Below are positions 42,279 to 53,356 of a stretch of 64,000 nt of DNA, piece by piece; the stretch's first letter is position 1; each line of letters opens with the position of its first letter. The notes beneath the pieces were generated by a model. The model worked only from the letters and a program-made list of their open reading frames with translations. It did not search any database and was not told where the DNA came from. The position numbers were made by a program, and so were the translations under genes. Source of the stretch: an uncultured cyanobacterium (GTDB lineage Bacteria > Cyanobacteriota > Cyanobacteriia > Cyanobacteriales > Nostocaceae); assembly GCA_963706595.1 (NCBI GenBank), contig OY970166.1, positions 896,001 through 960,000 on the forward strand, read 5' to 3'.

Positions 42279-44381
42279 TTATCCTAAACCCAGCATCTGA
42301 GAAATCAACGGCAAAAGCTTACTACATTCTTCAACTAATTTAGTCGCACTGGGTAAATTAGCAACAGTCCCCTTCAAAATCTTCACAGCCGTTTTCGCCG
42401 CCTTTTGCATCGCCCCCTCTTGCGGACTTTTCCCCGCTTCCGCCAAAGTCTTCACCTGTTCCAACGCCTCAGCTTTATCTTCTTCAGGTAAATCTTTCTC
42501 AGTCTCAATTGCTGCTTGTAATTGCGCCAACAATTCCTTAACTCCTGGTTTATCAGGTTCAGGTGAACTTGGCAGCTCATTAATAGTATTTGTGACAGTA
42601 CCACTAATATCACCTAAATTCAAGGCTTGTCCACTAGCATTAAAATCACCGCCAATATTACCAATGGTAATATTACGGCTGGCATCATTACTGTTAGTCA
42701 TAGGTTTATTCTCAAATTTATTCTCAAATTGAAAATTCGTAGGTTTATTTGCCAACAAACTCACAATATCTTTCATATCTGCACTTTGTTGGCGATAGAT
42801 GACTATCTCATTATCTTTAGCCTGTAATTGTGCTTTATATTTTTCTTCTACGGCTTGCAGTGCAAATTGATAATTTTGTGTAAAATCACTATGAATCTTT
42901 TCTTTATCAGCACCGTCAGGGACACCGACCTTAACGACAACTACCCCATCACCTTTATTTTCAATACTTTGTAAGGCTAATTCTGTGTCTTCATTTTGGT
43001 GCTGCACATTTTGAAAAGCATTAACAAAAGCCTTCCAATCAATGCCATTACGGAAAATCAAATCAACCGTATTTAAAACCTCTTCAAATAGCTTGCTAAA
43101 TTCTCCTGGTTGAAAGTCGCCACTACTGGGACGGCGTTCGCGGTCATCGGTTTCAGGTTTGGGGTTTTCTAGAAGATAGACAAAGCGACAATCTACATTA
43201 TTTAATTGAGTTGTACTTTCAATGTTCCAGGCTTCTACACAAGCACCAGTCATTTGGGCGCTGGTGAAATTAGTACCCACAGCTTGAGCCAGAGTTAAAT
43301 TTGCCCGCTCTAAACAAGCTCCTTGGAAAGTAGCTTCCGTAATATTAGTATCTTTGAGATTAGCCTCTTTTAAGTCTGCTCCTATAAGGTTAGCGCCTTT
43401 GAGGTTAGCACCAAGATATGATTTATTTCTACCATTGCAGCTGACGAGTAAATTAAGAATATCTCGTTTAGCTAATATTGAATCTCCAACTCTGGCAAGG
43501 TCGAGTTTTTTGACTTCATAAAACCGAGTGCGTGTGAGGTTGGCTTTTCTAAAATCTGTATTTCTGAGAATTGCACCAGTAAAATCAGCATCAGTTAAAT
43601 CAGCATCACGAAAGCTAGTTCCACCTGTCGCAGCAAAAGCTACAGCAAATGAGCGAACCCAAGCGTCTTTTCCATTTCCAGTGAGACTACGCCAGCCAAC
43701 ATAAGCACTAAATAATGTAAACGCTACGGCTACGGCTACGGCTACGGCTACGGCTACGGCTACGGCTACGGCTACGGCTACGGCTACGGCTACGGCTACG
43801 GCTACGGCTACGGCTACGGCTACGGCTACGGCTCCGGCTCCGGCTACGGCTCCGGCTCCGGCTACGGCTACGGCTACGGCTACGGCTCCGGCTCCGGCTA
43901 CGGCTACGGCTACGGCTACGGCTCCGACTCCGGCTCCGACTCCGGCTCCGGCTACGGCTCCGGCTACGGCTCCGGCTACGGCTACGGCTACGGCTACGGC
44001 TACGGCTCCGGCTACGGCTACTAAACCTGCTGTTAAACCCTTACGAAGGGTAATAAAACAAAAAGCCAGCAGCATAATTAGGCAGACTATCCCAATGATG
44101 AAGTTTTCAGTCTCATTGGGGTCAAAAACATATGCTACTAATAAACCGAGGAAAATTGAGAAAAGCCCTGCAACTGCCGAGAGCAGCCATGAGACTATGA
44201 CTAAGCCAATTGTCCAACGTCGCTGTAGTCCGGCTTTAGCACCTGTAAAATCAGCACCTTTAAGAGTCGCGTTGGTAAAATCTACCCCGCGAATATCCGC
44301 CTTGCTAAAGTTGGCTCCAGTCAGGTTTTGACCTTTAAAAGAGCGACCACGGAGTGTTTGACCGGCGTAGTCTGGCGGCAT
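42279..44381 (-). CDS. Membrane pentapeptide-repeat protein with Ala/Val/Gly low-complexity tract
   Basis: Pentapeptide blocks, TM helices, (AV/AG)n tract, helical C-terminal domain. Confidence 0.9.
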   Translation of the reverse strand: MPPDYAGQTLRGRSFKGQNLTGANFSKADIRGVDFTNATLKGADFTGAKAGLQRRWTIGLVIVSWLLSAVAGLFSIFLGLLVAYVFDPNETENFIIGIVCLIMLLAFCFITLRKGLTAGLVAVAGAVAVAVAVAVAGAVAGAVAGAGVGAGVGAVAVAVAVAGAGAVAVAVAVAGAGAVAGAGAVAVAVAVAVAVAVAVAVAVAVAVAVAVAVAVAVAVAFTLFSAYVGWRSLTGNGKDAWVRSFAVAFAATGGTSFRDADLTDADFTGAILRNTDFRKANLTRTRFYEVKKLDLARVGDSILAKRDILNLLVSCNGRNKSYLGANLKGANLIGADLKEANLKDTNITEATFQGACLERANLTLAQAVGTNFTSAQMTGACVEAWNIESTTQLNNVDCRFVYLLENPKPETDDRERRPSSGDFQPGEFSKLFEEVLNTVDLIFRNGIDWKAFVNAFQNVQHQNEDTELALQSIENKGDGVVVVKVGVPDGADKEKIHSDFTQNYQFALQAVEEKYKAQLQAKDNEIVIYRQQSADMKDIVSLLANKPTNFQFENKFENKPMTNSNDASRNITIGNIGGDFNASGQALNLGDISGTVTNTINELPSSPEPDKPGVKELLAQLQAAIETEKDLPEEDKAEALEQVKTLAEAGKSPQEGAMQKAAKTAVKILKGTVANLPSATKLVEECSKLLPLISQMLGLG
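43723..44021. repeat. Coding hexamer microsatellite (GCTACG/GCTCCG), about 50 units
   Basis: 18 perfect GCTACG units at 43723-43830, then mixed units. Confidence 0.97.
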
Positions 44382-44686
44382 AATCGCGTCAGTATGAGGT
44401 TATTACTGAGATTATATACAACTTTGCTCTGTAATATTCCAGATTTTGTGCATATTTGCTGAAATCAACCAGATCCCCGACTTCTTTAAGTTAATCCAAA
44501 ATCATCCAAAAATATCTTGTGGTGCGGGCATCTTGCCCGCTACCCTACGGAAAAACCGGGTTATTGGACATAAAAACCCAGTTTTTTAACGTTTTATTCA
44601 ATTTGGAATTGATGTTTGAGGATTATTAAAGAGAACCCTTTTACACAAAATATTCTATTTCTCTTTCTAATTCTGTGGTATCTATT

Positions 44687-45124
44687 TCATGGTTTCGGCG
44701 TTTCATTTGAAGATACACTAGCTAAAAATTGACTAGGTGTAACAATCAAGATATCTCTAAAAGGATGCAGTTCTAATAAGTCTTTGTCTCCTGTGATAAT
44801 ATGAGTGGCATTTCCAGAAATGGCTAATTCTAAAAACTTATTATCTTTAGGATCTCGACAAATATCAATTGTTTCGTTAATTGTTATTAATTCCGTCTCT
44901 CTGGCTAAACTGGCTAAAAAGTCTTCCCGAATTTCTCTCGATAGATAGCGGTCAAATTTTTGACGACTGAGTACATCAATTAATTCTGATAAAATTTCCG
45001 CAGAAATTAATATTAATCCGTTTTGTTTTGCTTCTCTAAAAGCTTGCATTGTGGTAGATTTAGAGAATATTAACGCACTTACAATTACATTTGTATCAAT
45101 TACGATACGGTTATTTTTCATCAT
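44687..45124 (-). CDS. PIN-domain toxin
   Basis: VIDTNVIVS, CRDPKDNKFLELA, ITGDKDLL. Confidence 0.92.
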   Translation of the reverse strand: MMKNNRIVIDTNVIVSALIFSKSTTMQAFREAKQNGLILISAEILSELIDVLSRQKFDRYLSREIREDFLASLARETELITINETIDICRDPKDNKFLELAISGNATHIITGDKDLLELHPFRDILIVTPSQFLASVSSNETPKP

Positions 45125-45332
45125 TGAGAATTGATTCTAAAATCTCTGGAGTCATTCCGTTAGAAATTGCTTGTTGACTCGCTTCTTCCATGATATCTAA
45201 GAGGGGTTTTTGACTAACTGCTTTTTTCAGCATTATGTTAATAAACATTTGGATTTGTTGCTGTTTTTCTGGTGCTGCTTCTCGGTACACTTTAGCAATT
45301 TCAGAGTCAACTTTAATGGTAATATTTTCCAT
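45111..45332 (-). CDS. Putative antitoxin
   Basis: ASQQAISNGMTPEILESILNDE; overlaps the PIN gene. Confidence 0.78.
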   Translation of the reverse strand: MENITIKVDSEIAKVYREAAPEKQQQIQMFINIMLKKAVSQKPLLDIMEEASQQAISNGMTPEILESILNDEK

Positions 45333-45379
45333 GATAAATTAAATGTTAATTAATCTATTTCTATTATAGCAATTGAAAG

Positions 45380-45451
45380 TTATTTATGTTTTACACTCTC
45401 CTCAATTATTCTAATTTCTTCTTCTATTAACCCATACAATTGATACACTAT
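45380..45451 (-). pseudogene. C-terminal relic resembling a type IIG (Eco57I/TaqI-C-like) restriction-modification enzyme
   Basis: Minus strand translates IVYQLYGLIEEEIRIIEESVKHK*. Confidence 0.65.
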
Positions 45452-45493
45452 AAGACTACTATTTGATTATGGAAAAAATCTAAGTATATGTAG

Positions 45494-45596
45494 TGGCGTG
45501 ACAAGGCTAAAATGTTGCAATAGATTTTTGAGAAAATTGAGATAAATCAATGTTTTCTGCTTTTGCCTAATGCACTACTTTAAGCTTGCCACGCCA
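45494..45596. mobile_element. 103-bp MITE, copy 2, with GTAG target duplication
   Basis: GTAG|TGGCGTGACAAGGCTAAAAT...TTAAGCTTGCCACGCCA|GTAG. Confidence 0.88.
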
Positions 45597-45704
45597 GTAG
45601 GGTGTGTTATGGCTTTAGCCTAACGCACCGTCTTCTGGGTCTTGGTCCCGTACTCTGCTGGATAACACACCCTACCTGTGTTTCATAAATCAAAATTCAT
45701 CCCA

Positions 45705-46772
45705 TTATGATTTGATTTCTCGCTGGTTCTCTAGCCACTGTAAAGTCCGATTCCAAGCCCACCAGATGTCAGGGTCTTCGGCTTGACGCTGACCTGCTTT
45801 GCTACTTAAATAACCTACATGACCACCATGAGGGGTCAGCCACAAATCTAGGGACCGATTACTAGCACAAGCAGCTTGTAACTCAGGGATGATTTCTGGG
45901 TGAAATAAGGGGTCATCGGCAGCATATAAAATTAAGGTGGGTTTGGAAATCTGCGGCAATAATTGTAAAGCACTGCTGGCTTGATAATATGCTTCTACCG
46001 AGTCAAAACCCAATCTGCTAATTACCAGCTCGTGGTCAAAAGCCCAGATACTATTGGCTCGTTCAATGGCGGCTGGGTCAATTGTGCCAGGATGAAAATC
46101 ATGTATTTGCCATGCCAGTTTTTTTAAGTTACGGGCGATCGCCTTTTCTAAGTATTTTCCTATAGGTTGCTGTACTAAATAGTCGAGCGATCGCCATGAA
46201 TCCAAACTGGGACAAATCACCGCCCCACCACCAATATCACTATCTCGTAAGCCTAAAAATTCATTACCTTGAATCAGGTCAGTAGCAGTTTTTATGCCCC
46301 ATAATGCCAATTGTCCCCCCAAGGAAAACCCTGTAAACCAAAACTTACTAGGGCATCCCATCGCAGCTGCTCCGGCCGCAATGCGAACAAAATCTTCCCC
46401 CTCATACAAACCATCAGAGGTCAAAGTCGGAGACAACTCGGCGGTTTTACCGTGGGCGCGCCAATCAAATAACACTACCGCGTATCCTAAAGCATAAGCT
46501 TTACGCCCTAAAAGTTTCAAAAACCATTGTTGATCTAGACTACCTGTAATCCCATAAGTAGCAATAATAGTACTATGAGCGTTTTTTGGTATCGCCACCC
46601 AAGTAAAAATCGGCACACCCTGCCCACCAATCAATACAGTTGTTTGATATGGCGGCTCTGAAAGTGCAGTAGTTTGTTCCCAATAACGCTCTCCCCACAA
46701 AGCAGTGTAAACAGTCATTGCCACACCATTTTTGAGAAACCGGGGCGGATTGTAGGCAGAATAACACAACAT
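45705..46772 (-). CDS. YheT-like alpha/beta hydrolase
   Basis: GFSLGG nucleophile elbow, AADDP, HGGHVGY. Confidence 0.9.
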   Translation of the reverse strand: MLCYSAYNPPRFLKNGVAMTVYTALWGERYWEQTTALSEPPYQTTVLIGGQGVPIFTWVAIPKNAHSTIIATYGITGSLDQQWFLKLLGRKAYALGYAVVLFDWRAHGKTAELSPTLTSDGLYEGEDFVRIAAGAAAMGCPSKFWFTGFSLGGQLALWGIKTATDLIQGNEFLGLRDSDIGGGAVICPSLDSWRSLDYLVQQPIGKYLEKAIARNLKKLAWQIHDFHPGTIDPAAIERANSIWAFDHELVISRLGFDSVEAYYQASSALQLLPQISKPTLILYAADDPLFHPEIIPELQAACASNRSLDLWLTPHGGHVGYLSSKAGQRQAEDPDIWWAWNRTLQWLENQREIKS

Positions 46773-46927
46773 ATCTGGAATTTAGAGTACCTTAGTTCTG
46801 ATTCCACCATCCTTTAGTTTTAAACTTTATGCTAGATTTGAATGTTTTTTATAATCAAGATAAAAATCTTTGTATCTATCAAAGGTTCTTATTTATCCTT
46901 AATTAAGTAGTAATAATTTTTTAAATA

Positions 46928-47671
46928 ATGCCCAGGATTCTTGTTATAGACGATGACGCGGCAATTTCAGAACTCGTTGCCGTCAACTTGGAAATGGCTG
47001 GCTACGATGTCAGCCAAGCTGAAGATGGCATTAAAGGTCAGGCGCTGGCGCTTCAGCTACAACCTGACTTGATTATGCTTGACCTGATGTTGCCCAGAGT
47101 AGACGGATTTACAGTTTGCCAACGCCTACGGCGAGATGACCGCACAGCCGAGATTCCCGTGTTGATGCTCACCGCTTTAAGCCAAACTCAGAATAAAGTC
47201 GAAGGCTTCAATGCTGGCGCTGATGATTACCTCACCAAGCCCTTTGAAGTTGAAGAACTGTTAGCACGGGTGCGGGCGTTATTGCGGCGGACTGACCGCA
47301 TTCCCCAAGCCGCAAAACACAGCGAAATTCTCAACTATGGGAATTTGACCTTGGTTCCAGAAAGATTTGAGGCAATATGGTTCAATGAAACGGTAAAATT
47401 GACTCACCTGGAATTTGAGCTACTCCACTGTTTACTGCAACGCCACGGTCAGACAGTTTCCCCCAGCGAAATTCTGCGGGAAGTTTGGGGCTATGATCCA
47501 GATGATGACATTGAAACCATTCGAGTGCATATCCGCCACTTGAGAACGAAACTAGAACCAGACCCCCGTCACCCCCGCTATATCAAAACAGTGTATGGTG
47601 CGGGATATTGTCTAGAATTGCCTAGCTTGCCTCAATCTCATGAGGGGGCTTCTGCATCAGTTTTGGAGTAA
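46928..47671 (+). CDS. rpaA: Circadian output response regulator RpaA (OmpR family)
   Basis: [43 protein letters not shown]. Confidence 0.95.
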   Translation: MPRILVIDDDAAISELVAVNLEMAGYDVSQAEDGIKGQALALQLQPDLIMLDLMLPRVDGFTVCQRLRRDDRTAEIPVLMLTALSQTQNKVEGFNAGADDYLTKPFEVEELLARVRALLRRTDRIPQAAKHSEILNYGNLTLVPERFEAIWFNETVKLTHLEFELLHCLLQRHGQTVSPSEILREVWGYDPDDDIETIRVHIRHLRTKLEPDPRHPRYIKTVYGAGYCLELPSLPQSHEGASASVLE

Positions 47672-47940
47672 AATTTCTCCAAAATTTCAGACATCAGTCA
47701 GGTCATCTAGCCTTTTTTAGGAAAAACTGTCCTCAGTTCGTTTAAGCATCTGTACTTGGATTCGCCACGTACACTAGGGTGAGGCCTCTACTCTACGAGC
47801 AGCCACCCTCCAGAGTACAGTACGTTAAAAGTCACTATGTTGCTAAGAAAATTCGCAAGGAGGAGCCAGCGTTGCATCAGCCTTTTCCACTCTCAGGAAT
47901 GGGGCTGGTGTTCCTCCAGGCGAACTTCTGAATGGCTATC

Positions 47941-48893
47941 TCAACTCAGATGCTTCAAAAGTTCTATCAGTGTGCATTCCCAAACTAGGCGCGGTTGGGC
48001 GTAACACAGTAAGGATTTGCGAGCTTGTTCTAGCTTTTTAATAATTTCTGGTTGATGCCACTGTTGCCAGTAGGATTGTTGGAGATAATCGACTAACCAC
48101 AGTTGTGCTTCTGTATCTAAGTCTTGAGCAATTATCTTGGCTAAGGCTAAAGCATGGCGGTGAGATGAAGGCACTTTCGTGACATCTTGGAGTAAAGTAT
48201 CGGGAATTATTTGTAATTGCTCATAAGATGCGATCGCACTGCCTGGGCTACCAGCCGCTATACTCAATACTGCCGAATGCTGCAAAATTTCCTCATGCCC
48301 TGTTTGGGTGAGTACCTGAGTTAAAGACTGGGTATCTAAGCGATAAAAAGGAATGCGTTGACAGCGTGACACCAAGGTAGGCAAAACCGACTCAGGAGAT
48401 GGTGCAATTAAAATCAGCGTCGCTTGTCCTGGTTCTTCCAAAGTTTTCAGCAAAGCATTAGCTGCTGATTCTGCCATTGTTTGGGCTGACTCCAGCACTA
48501 CCATATTTCTTGGTGCTTCCAGGGGGGACGGCCGAGAAACTCTGTAATTTCCCGAATCTGCTCTAGCCTAATTACAGGTGGTGCTTTGCGCTTGAGTTTT
48601 TTCTCGGCTGCTTCTGCCACTGTGAGGCGTTTTCCCTCATGTTGGTACGTCGGCTGTACCCACCACAAATCTGGATGATTGCCTTGACGCAAACGATTCT
48701 GTAAACCAGCGACATGACGCGTCTGTGCAGAAAATAGCAATTCTACAAAACACCGGGCTGCGAGAGTTTTACCCACACCATCTATCCCTACAAATAGATA
48801 GGCGGGGGCTACCCGGTTTTGTTTAACAGCCTGAGTGAGTAATTCTTTGGCTTGTTGCTGCCCTAAAAGTGGCGCAAATGAATCAATAGTCAT
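47941..48893 (-). CDS. holB: DNA polymerase III delta' subunit, split by a 1-nt frameshift in a C6 run
   Basis: N-part: APAYLF.G..GVGK, HPDL, IRLEQIREI. C-part: AANALLKTLEEPG, TLVSRC. One extra C at 48522-48527 restores GRPPLEAPRNMVVLE. Confidence 0.9.
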
Positions 48894-49905
48894 TAGTCAA
48901 TTGTAGATTGACTTGTGAGTTTTATTACTAACCAACTTGTACGATTTTCTCCGGCGCTACGCTTCACCTCGGTAATTACGAACTGCCGACCTGTAGTGTG
49001 TCTGAGCCTCTACAGTAACTTGCAAATTGTTTTGGTTATTTCATCTGCTTTTTACACTTAAATTCAGTATTTTCCACTTGCCTACATTTAACCAAAGTAT
49101 ATGTAAAAAATCAGCGACCAGAAAATAATTATGCGGAGATTAATTGTGAAATAAGGCTGATGACATGATCATTGTCCGCACGGTTGTTTGCCCAGCTTCA
49201 GTACAGATATGTCGGTTTAAAAAAGCAATTATCTCTACTGAATTATCTTTTAAAGATTTGTATGTTTTTGGACTGATTCGTGTTACTTAATTCAGTATTG
49301 TCAGGAAATATTCATACTTCTGACAATAGTCACTTATACAAATTTTTCTAGAAAAGACATAATTGATAACCTATATTGAAATATTTTTTAATACTCTAAT
49401 TTGCTTGTTGTATTTCAATAATTCAGCATAAATCTGAGGCTTAATGCCTACTAATGAAGGATAAAGCGTATTTCTTAGAACAGACAACACAGTAAGAAAT
49501 GAGACAAATAATTGTGCAAACTATGAGTATTTAAAACATTTATAGGATTAGCAAATGCTATTTATTGTCTCGACACTTTTGCACGAGCTTTTGCGCCAAT
49601 AAATGTTCAATATTTTGATCATTATTTTTTAATTGAATTGAATAAATACAAAAAGTAACCGGATATTTTTGCTGTCTTCATGATTTCTTTAGGTGTAAAT
49701 ACAGAATTTAATTGTTGATAGATGCGGTCAAAAGCCTTCTGAAATGATGTTTTGGATTTTCAGTTCAGAGATGAACAGATTTGTTTGACTTTGATCTTTC
49801 TGTAAAGTAGCTGAAAAAAGCTTCTCAAACCTTAAAAACAACTCTTACCATCAGCAGCGTAGACAACAAAAACCACAAAGTTCATTTCTCAGAGGAACTC
49901 ATAAA

Positions 49906-50551
49906 ATGGCTAACGTAAATCTATTGACAAAGTTATCACTAGCTACAGCCGGAGCAGCAGTAGTTGCACTATCAGTATCAGGAACTGCTCAAGCTGCTTC
50001 TGGATTTGCAGGAAGCTATGCTCCAAGTGAATGGACTGTAGAGAATTTCACTGATTTGTCTTTCGGAGGAGTAGTTGAAGGATCTGTAGATACAAGTGGC
50101 GCTCCCGGATCAATTACTATCATAGGTAGTAATGGGGGTGTATCTGATATCGCAATTGGTCGAACTCTTTACAGCACAATTGCAGACTGCTAGTGGTGAC
50201 GTTATGTTTGATTGGAGCTATATTACTACTGATACTTTGGGTCCGCTCTTCGATCCTTTAGTCTACACTGTCAATGGTACGCCTACACAACTAACTAATA
50301 TCTTTAATACTGCACAAAGTGGTCTTGCTACTTTTGCAGTTAACGCCGGAGATACATTTGGCTTTGGAATTAATACTTTGGGCAACACATTCGGTGGTGC
50401 GACTGCTGTGATTTCAAACTTCCACGCTCCCGAACCTGTTGTACCCACACCTGTATCCGAACCTGCTTCTCTAGTTGGGATCTTAGGCTTAGGTGCTTTT
50501 GGTATCACCTCTCTTCGTAAGCGCAAACAACAAGGGACAGTTAAAGCCTAA
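49906..50551 (+). pseudogene. PEP-CTERM-type surface protein split by a frameshift near 50185
   Basis: Signal peptide (TAQA-A) in the first frame; sorting tail VSEPASLVGILGLGAFGITSLRKRK in the second frame. Confidence 0.8.
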
Positions 50552-50878
50552 ATTGACGACTTTGGACGAAAACTGCGACATCTCCCGTGCTGCTAGTTGG
50601 GAGAGTCAGCAACGATACTCTGATTTTAATCTAGATTAAATGAACTCTTGCCGTGTCAGACCTAAGCTGGCATGGCAATTTTGATTTTTAGTGTTACAGA
50701 ACATAGCCGAAAAATGTTGGTTAGAAATGGAAAATGTGGGTGTTGCTGTAACCAACTATGAATTTAAATGTAGAGATGTTCCATGGAACGTCTCTACATT
50801 GTGGTGTAAGCATTTAGGGCGGTTTTAAATCCCCCACGATAAATTTCGATAACTGATAACTGATAACTGTTCACTGAT

Positions 50879-52054
50879 TTAAGCGATGCTGCCGCGTTTT
50901 TTGGCTTCTTTGTAAGAAGTTCCCACATTTCTCAAACCTGCTTTAATCATTTGTCTTTCTAACAGGGCGAAGAAACGAGTTCTATCCCCACCTCTTACCA
51001 CAGCTTGATTATGGGCTTCGGCGATCGCAATTGGGTAGCCATAGCCTTTATGCACTTGTGCCAGCATTAATCCCAATGCTTGGTTCAACATGGCGGTATT
51101 TTCAGCTACCCATGCAGGTACTTCGATTCGCGCAATTTCACTACCTACGTGGACATGGCAAAAGTAAACTATTTGCTGTTCATAGAGTTCTAAAATCCGG
51201 TTATTACTACGCCACAGTGGTCCCCGTTGTCCTGGTTGCAGTTTGGTTCCCCACAGGGTAGTATCTCGCAAAGTGTCAAAAAGTTTACAAGGTACTTTTT
51301 CGAGTTGGTCGGGACAATAACTTTTACAATCGGGGACGGCATGGGGACAAGCTAACAACCGTAGGAAGTTGGTACAATCAATGTTGCGAGAGGCGCTGAG
51401 ATATCCCATGATCGGAATTTGAGCCTGATGCAACTGTTGCCAAGCTTCCAGAATGGGGGGTAAGATGCGATCGCGTGCATCCATTGGTAATTGTTCTAAA
51501 AACCAGTAAATTAAGGAACCATCAACCATTGCTAAAGCTGGTGCTTCCCCTTTCGACGCACAAGCCAATTCTGCCAAAACTGTAGTTTCAGAAGCAGTGC
51601 GGCGATAACCCATCCATTCTTCGGTTTTAATTCCCCATTGCCGAGATATATATAAATCTTCTGGGCGATAAAATACCTCTGGGATACTATCCAGTAATGG
51701 TTGGCGATTTTGTCCGTAGTGTAAAACGACTCTGCCAATATTCAACAGATAGCAATAAGCAATTTCATGATGGTTGGGCGCAATTTGGGAACCGTCGGTA
51801 GAGATGACTGTATGCACTTTCGGCGGGACGGGAATATCAATGCAGGTTTCTAGTGGCTCAATGGGTGTAGCATTAGCAAAGATAATGCGATCGCGCCATT
51901 TTTCCTGACGATCAATTAAATCTTCTTGGCACTCATAAGCTTTTTGGAGATATTGTTGCGCTAATTCTAATCGCTGGCGACTGGCGGTAGCTTCTAAAGT
52001 CAGATGGTCACTTAAACCCTGCATTTGTCGCGCCAATTTTGTTAAATCAAGCAT
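50879..52054 (-). CDS. NurA-family nuclease
   Basis: STDGSQI, MVDGSL, GYGYPIAIAEAHNQAVV; start at MLDLTK. Confidence 0.88.
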   Translation of the reverse strand: MLDLTKLARQMQGLSDHLTLEATASRQRLELAQQYLQKAYECQEDLIDRQEKWRDRIIFANATPIEPLETCIDIPVPPKVHTVISTDGSQIAPNHHEIAYCYLLNIGRVVLHYGQNRQPLLDSIPEVFYRPEDLYISRQWGIKTEEWMGYRRTASETTVLAELACASKGEAPALAMVDGSLIYWFLEQLPMDARDRILPPILEAWQQLHQAQIPIMGYLSASRNIDCTNFLRLLACPHAVPDCKSYCPDQLEKVPCKLFDTLRDTTLWGTKLQPGQRGPLWRSNNRILELYEQQIVYFCHVHVGSEIARIEVPAWVAENTAMLNQALGLMLAQVHKGYGYPIAIAEAHNQAVVRGGDRTRFFALLERQMIKAGLRNVGTSYKEAKKRGSIA

Positions 52055-52261
52055 AATTAAATCTCTGAGTTTTTTGGTGATTTTTGGTATATGGGATTTG
52101 CAAATAATAAAATGTGATATGAAGGTAATTAACCGCCGATTAACGCCGATGCAGATCATGGATGGTGGGTTAGGCTGTCGCTTTAGCGCAGCCATGCCCC
52201 TTGGGCTATACCCACCCTACGTTTTGTGTGAGAGATGTCTAATATGTTGCAGTGGGTGAAA

Positions 52262-53047
52262 TTACCGCCACCCAGTAAAATCTTTAGTAAACTGAGGTAG
52301 AGTTAATAACTGAATTCGCGGATCATCTTGGGCGGCTTTCCTTTCTGTTTGCGTATTATAGCCCCAGTCTGCCAAGAAAAGTTTTACATCTTCCAGGTCT
52401 GTTTGCTGTTGAACTAACTGCAATGTCTTGATTCTGTCTTCTACAAACCACAGACTAACTGGTGTTTTCTCGGCTTTCTGAATTAATTCTCGCAGAATTT
52501 CGTATTTAGGGCGCTTGACTTCTTTACCAAAAATCGCTGAGGATGGTAGATTTACGCCTTCTCGTTGTAATAACTGCTGCACGAAGCGCCCTTCTTTCGT
52601 GGTGACAATGTATAATCTGGTTTCACTAGCAATGGTGAGTTTAATTTTTTCGACTACACCCGGATAAAATTTATGCAGACTTAGCCAACCGTCTAAATCT
52701 GTGGTAATCCATTCATCCCGCAAATTGTCTAGTTTTGCACCAATTGTTTGGGACTGGAGATTATGCTCTAATAAAATTTGTGGTGTAATCGTCACCCACT
52801 CCTGAAGAATTTTTGACTCAGAAATTTTATCTACCAAGGCTTTGATTAATACTGGCATTTCCCAACCTGTTTCAATTACAGGTCTGAGGCGATAAAATCT
52901 TAAGGCTAAATCATCTGGTGGTGTATCGTCTACGGGCGACCAAATTTGACAGTAGGTGCGCCATGCGACTTCAAAATATTCAATTAGTCCATCGCAAATT
53001 ACTCCATCAAAGTCTAAGGCTAAAATTGTGGGACTACTGGCGGTCAT
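52262..53047 (-). CDS. HAD-family hydrolase
   Basis: LDFDGVICD, VTTK, FVEDR, ADWGYN. Confidence 0.9.
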   Translation of the reverse strand: MTASSPTILALDFDGVICDGLIEYFEVAWRTYCQIWSPVDDTPPDDLALRFYRLRPVIETGWEMPVLIKALVDKISESKILQEWVTITPQILLEHNLQSQTIGAKLDNLRDEWITTDLDGWLSLHKFYPGVVEKIKLTIASETRLYIVTTKEGRFVQQLLQREGVNLPSSAIFGKEVKRPKYEILRELIQKAEKTPVSLWFVEDRIKTLQLVQQQTDLEDVKLFLADWGYNTQTERKAAQDDPRIQLLTLPQFTKDFTGWR

Positions 53048-53356
53048 TGTGTTGCGGAATAAACTGCTGTTGTTAGATTAGCTGAGAAATTCAAACTAAG
53101 CAGTATTTTTTGTGAGGATTTTATAATTAATATTAAGTCAGGTTAATTAGTTATATTTGCCACAGTCATTCCACCCCACCCCCAACCCCTCCCTGCAAGC
53201 GAGGAGGGGAGACCAAGCTTAGAGGTTTCATCAGTAGTCAAGCAGATATCTCGTCATTATTCGTAAATGTGATCACGGCAAACATCGAGAGGCTTAGATC
53301 CCCGACTTCTTGAAGAAGTCGGGGATCTTTGGGTTCGTAACTTATTGAGGATGGCG

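Noticed and set aside
47700..47935. Possible structured ncRNA between rpaA and holB
   Set aside because: Only weak hairpins and a degenerate repeat; no recognisable RNA family
52055..52195. N-terminal extension of NurA in the ORF track
   Set aside because: Runs through repeat DNA; MLDLTK at 52054 is the more plausible start
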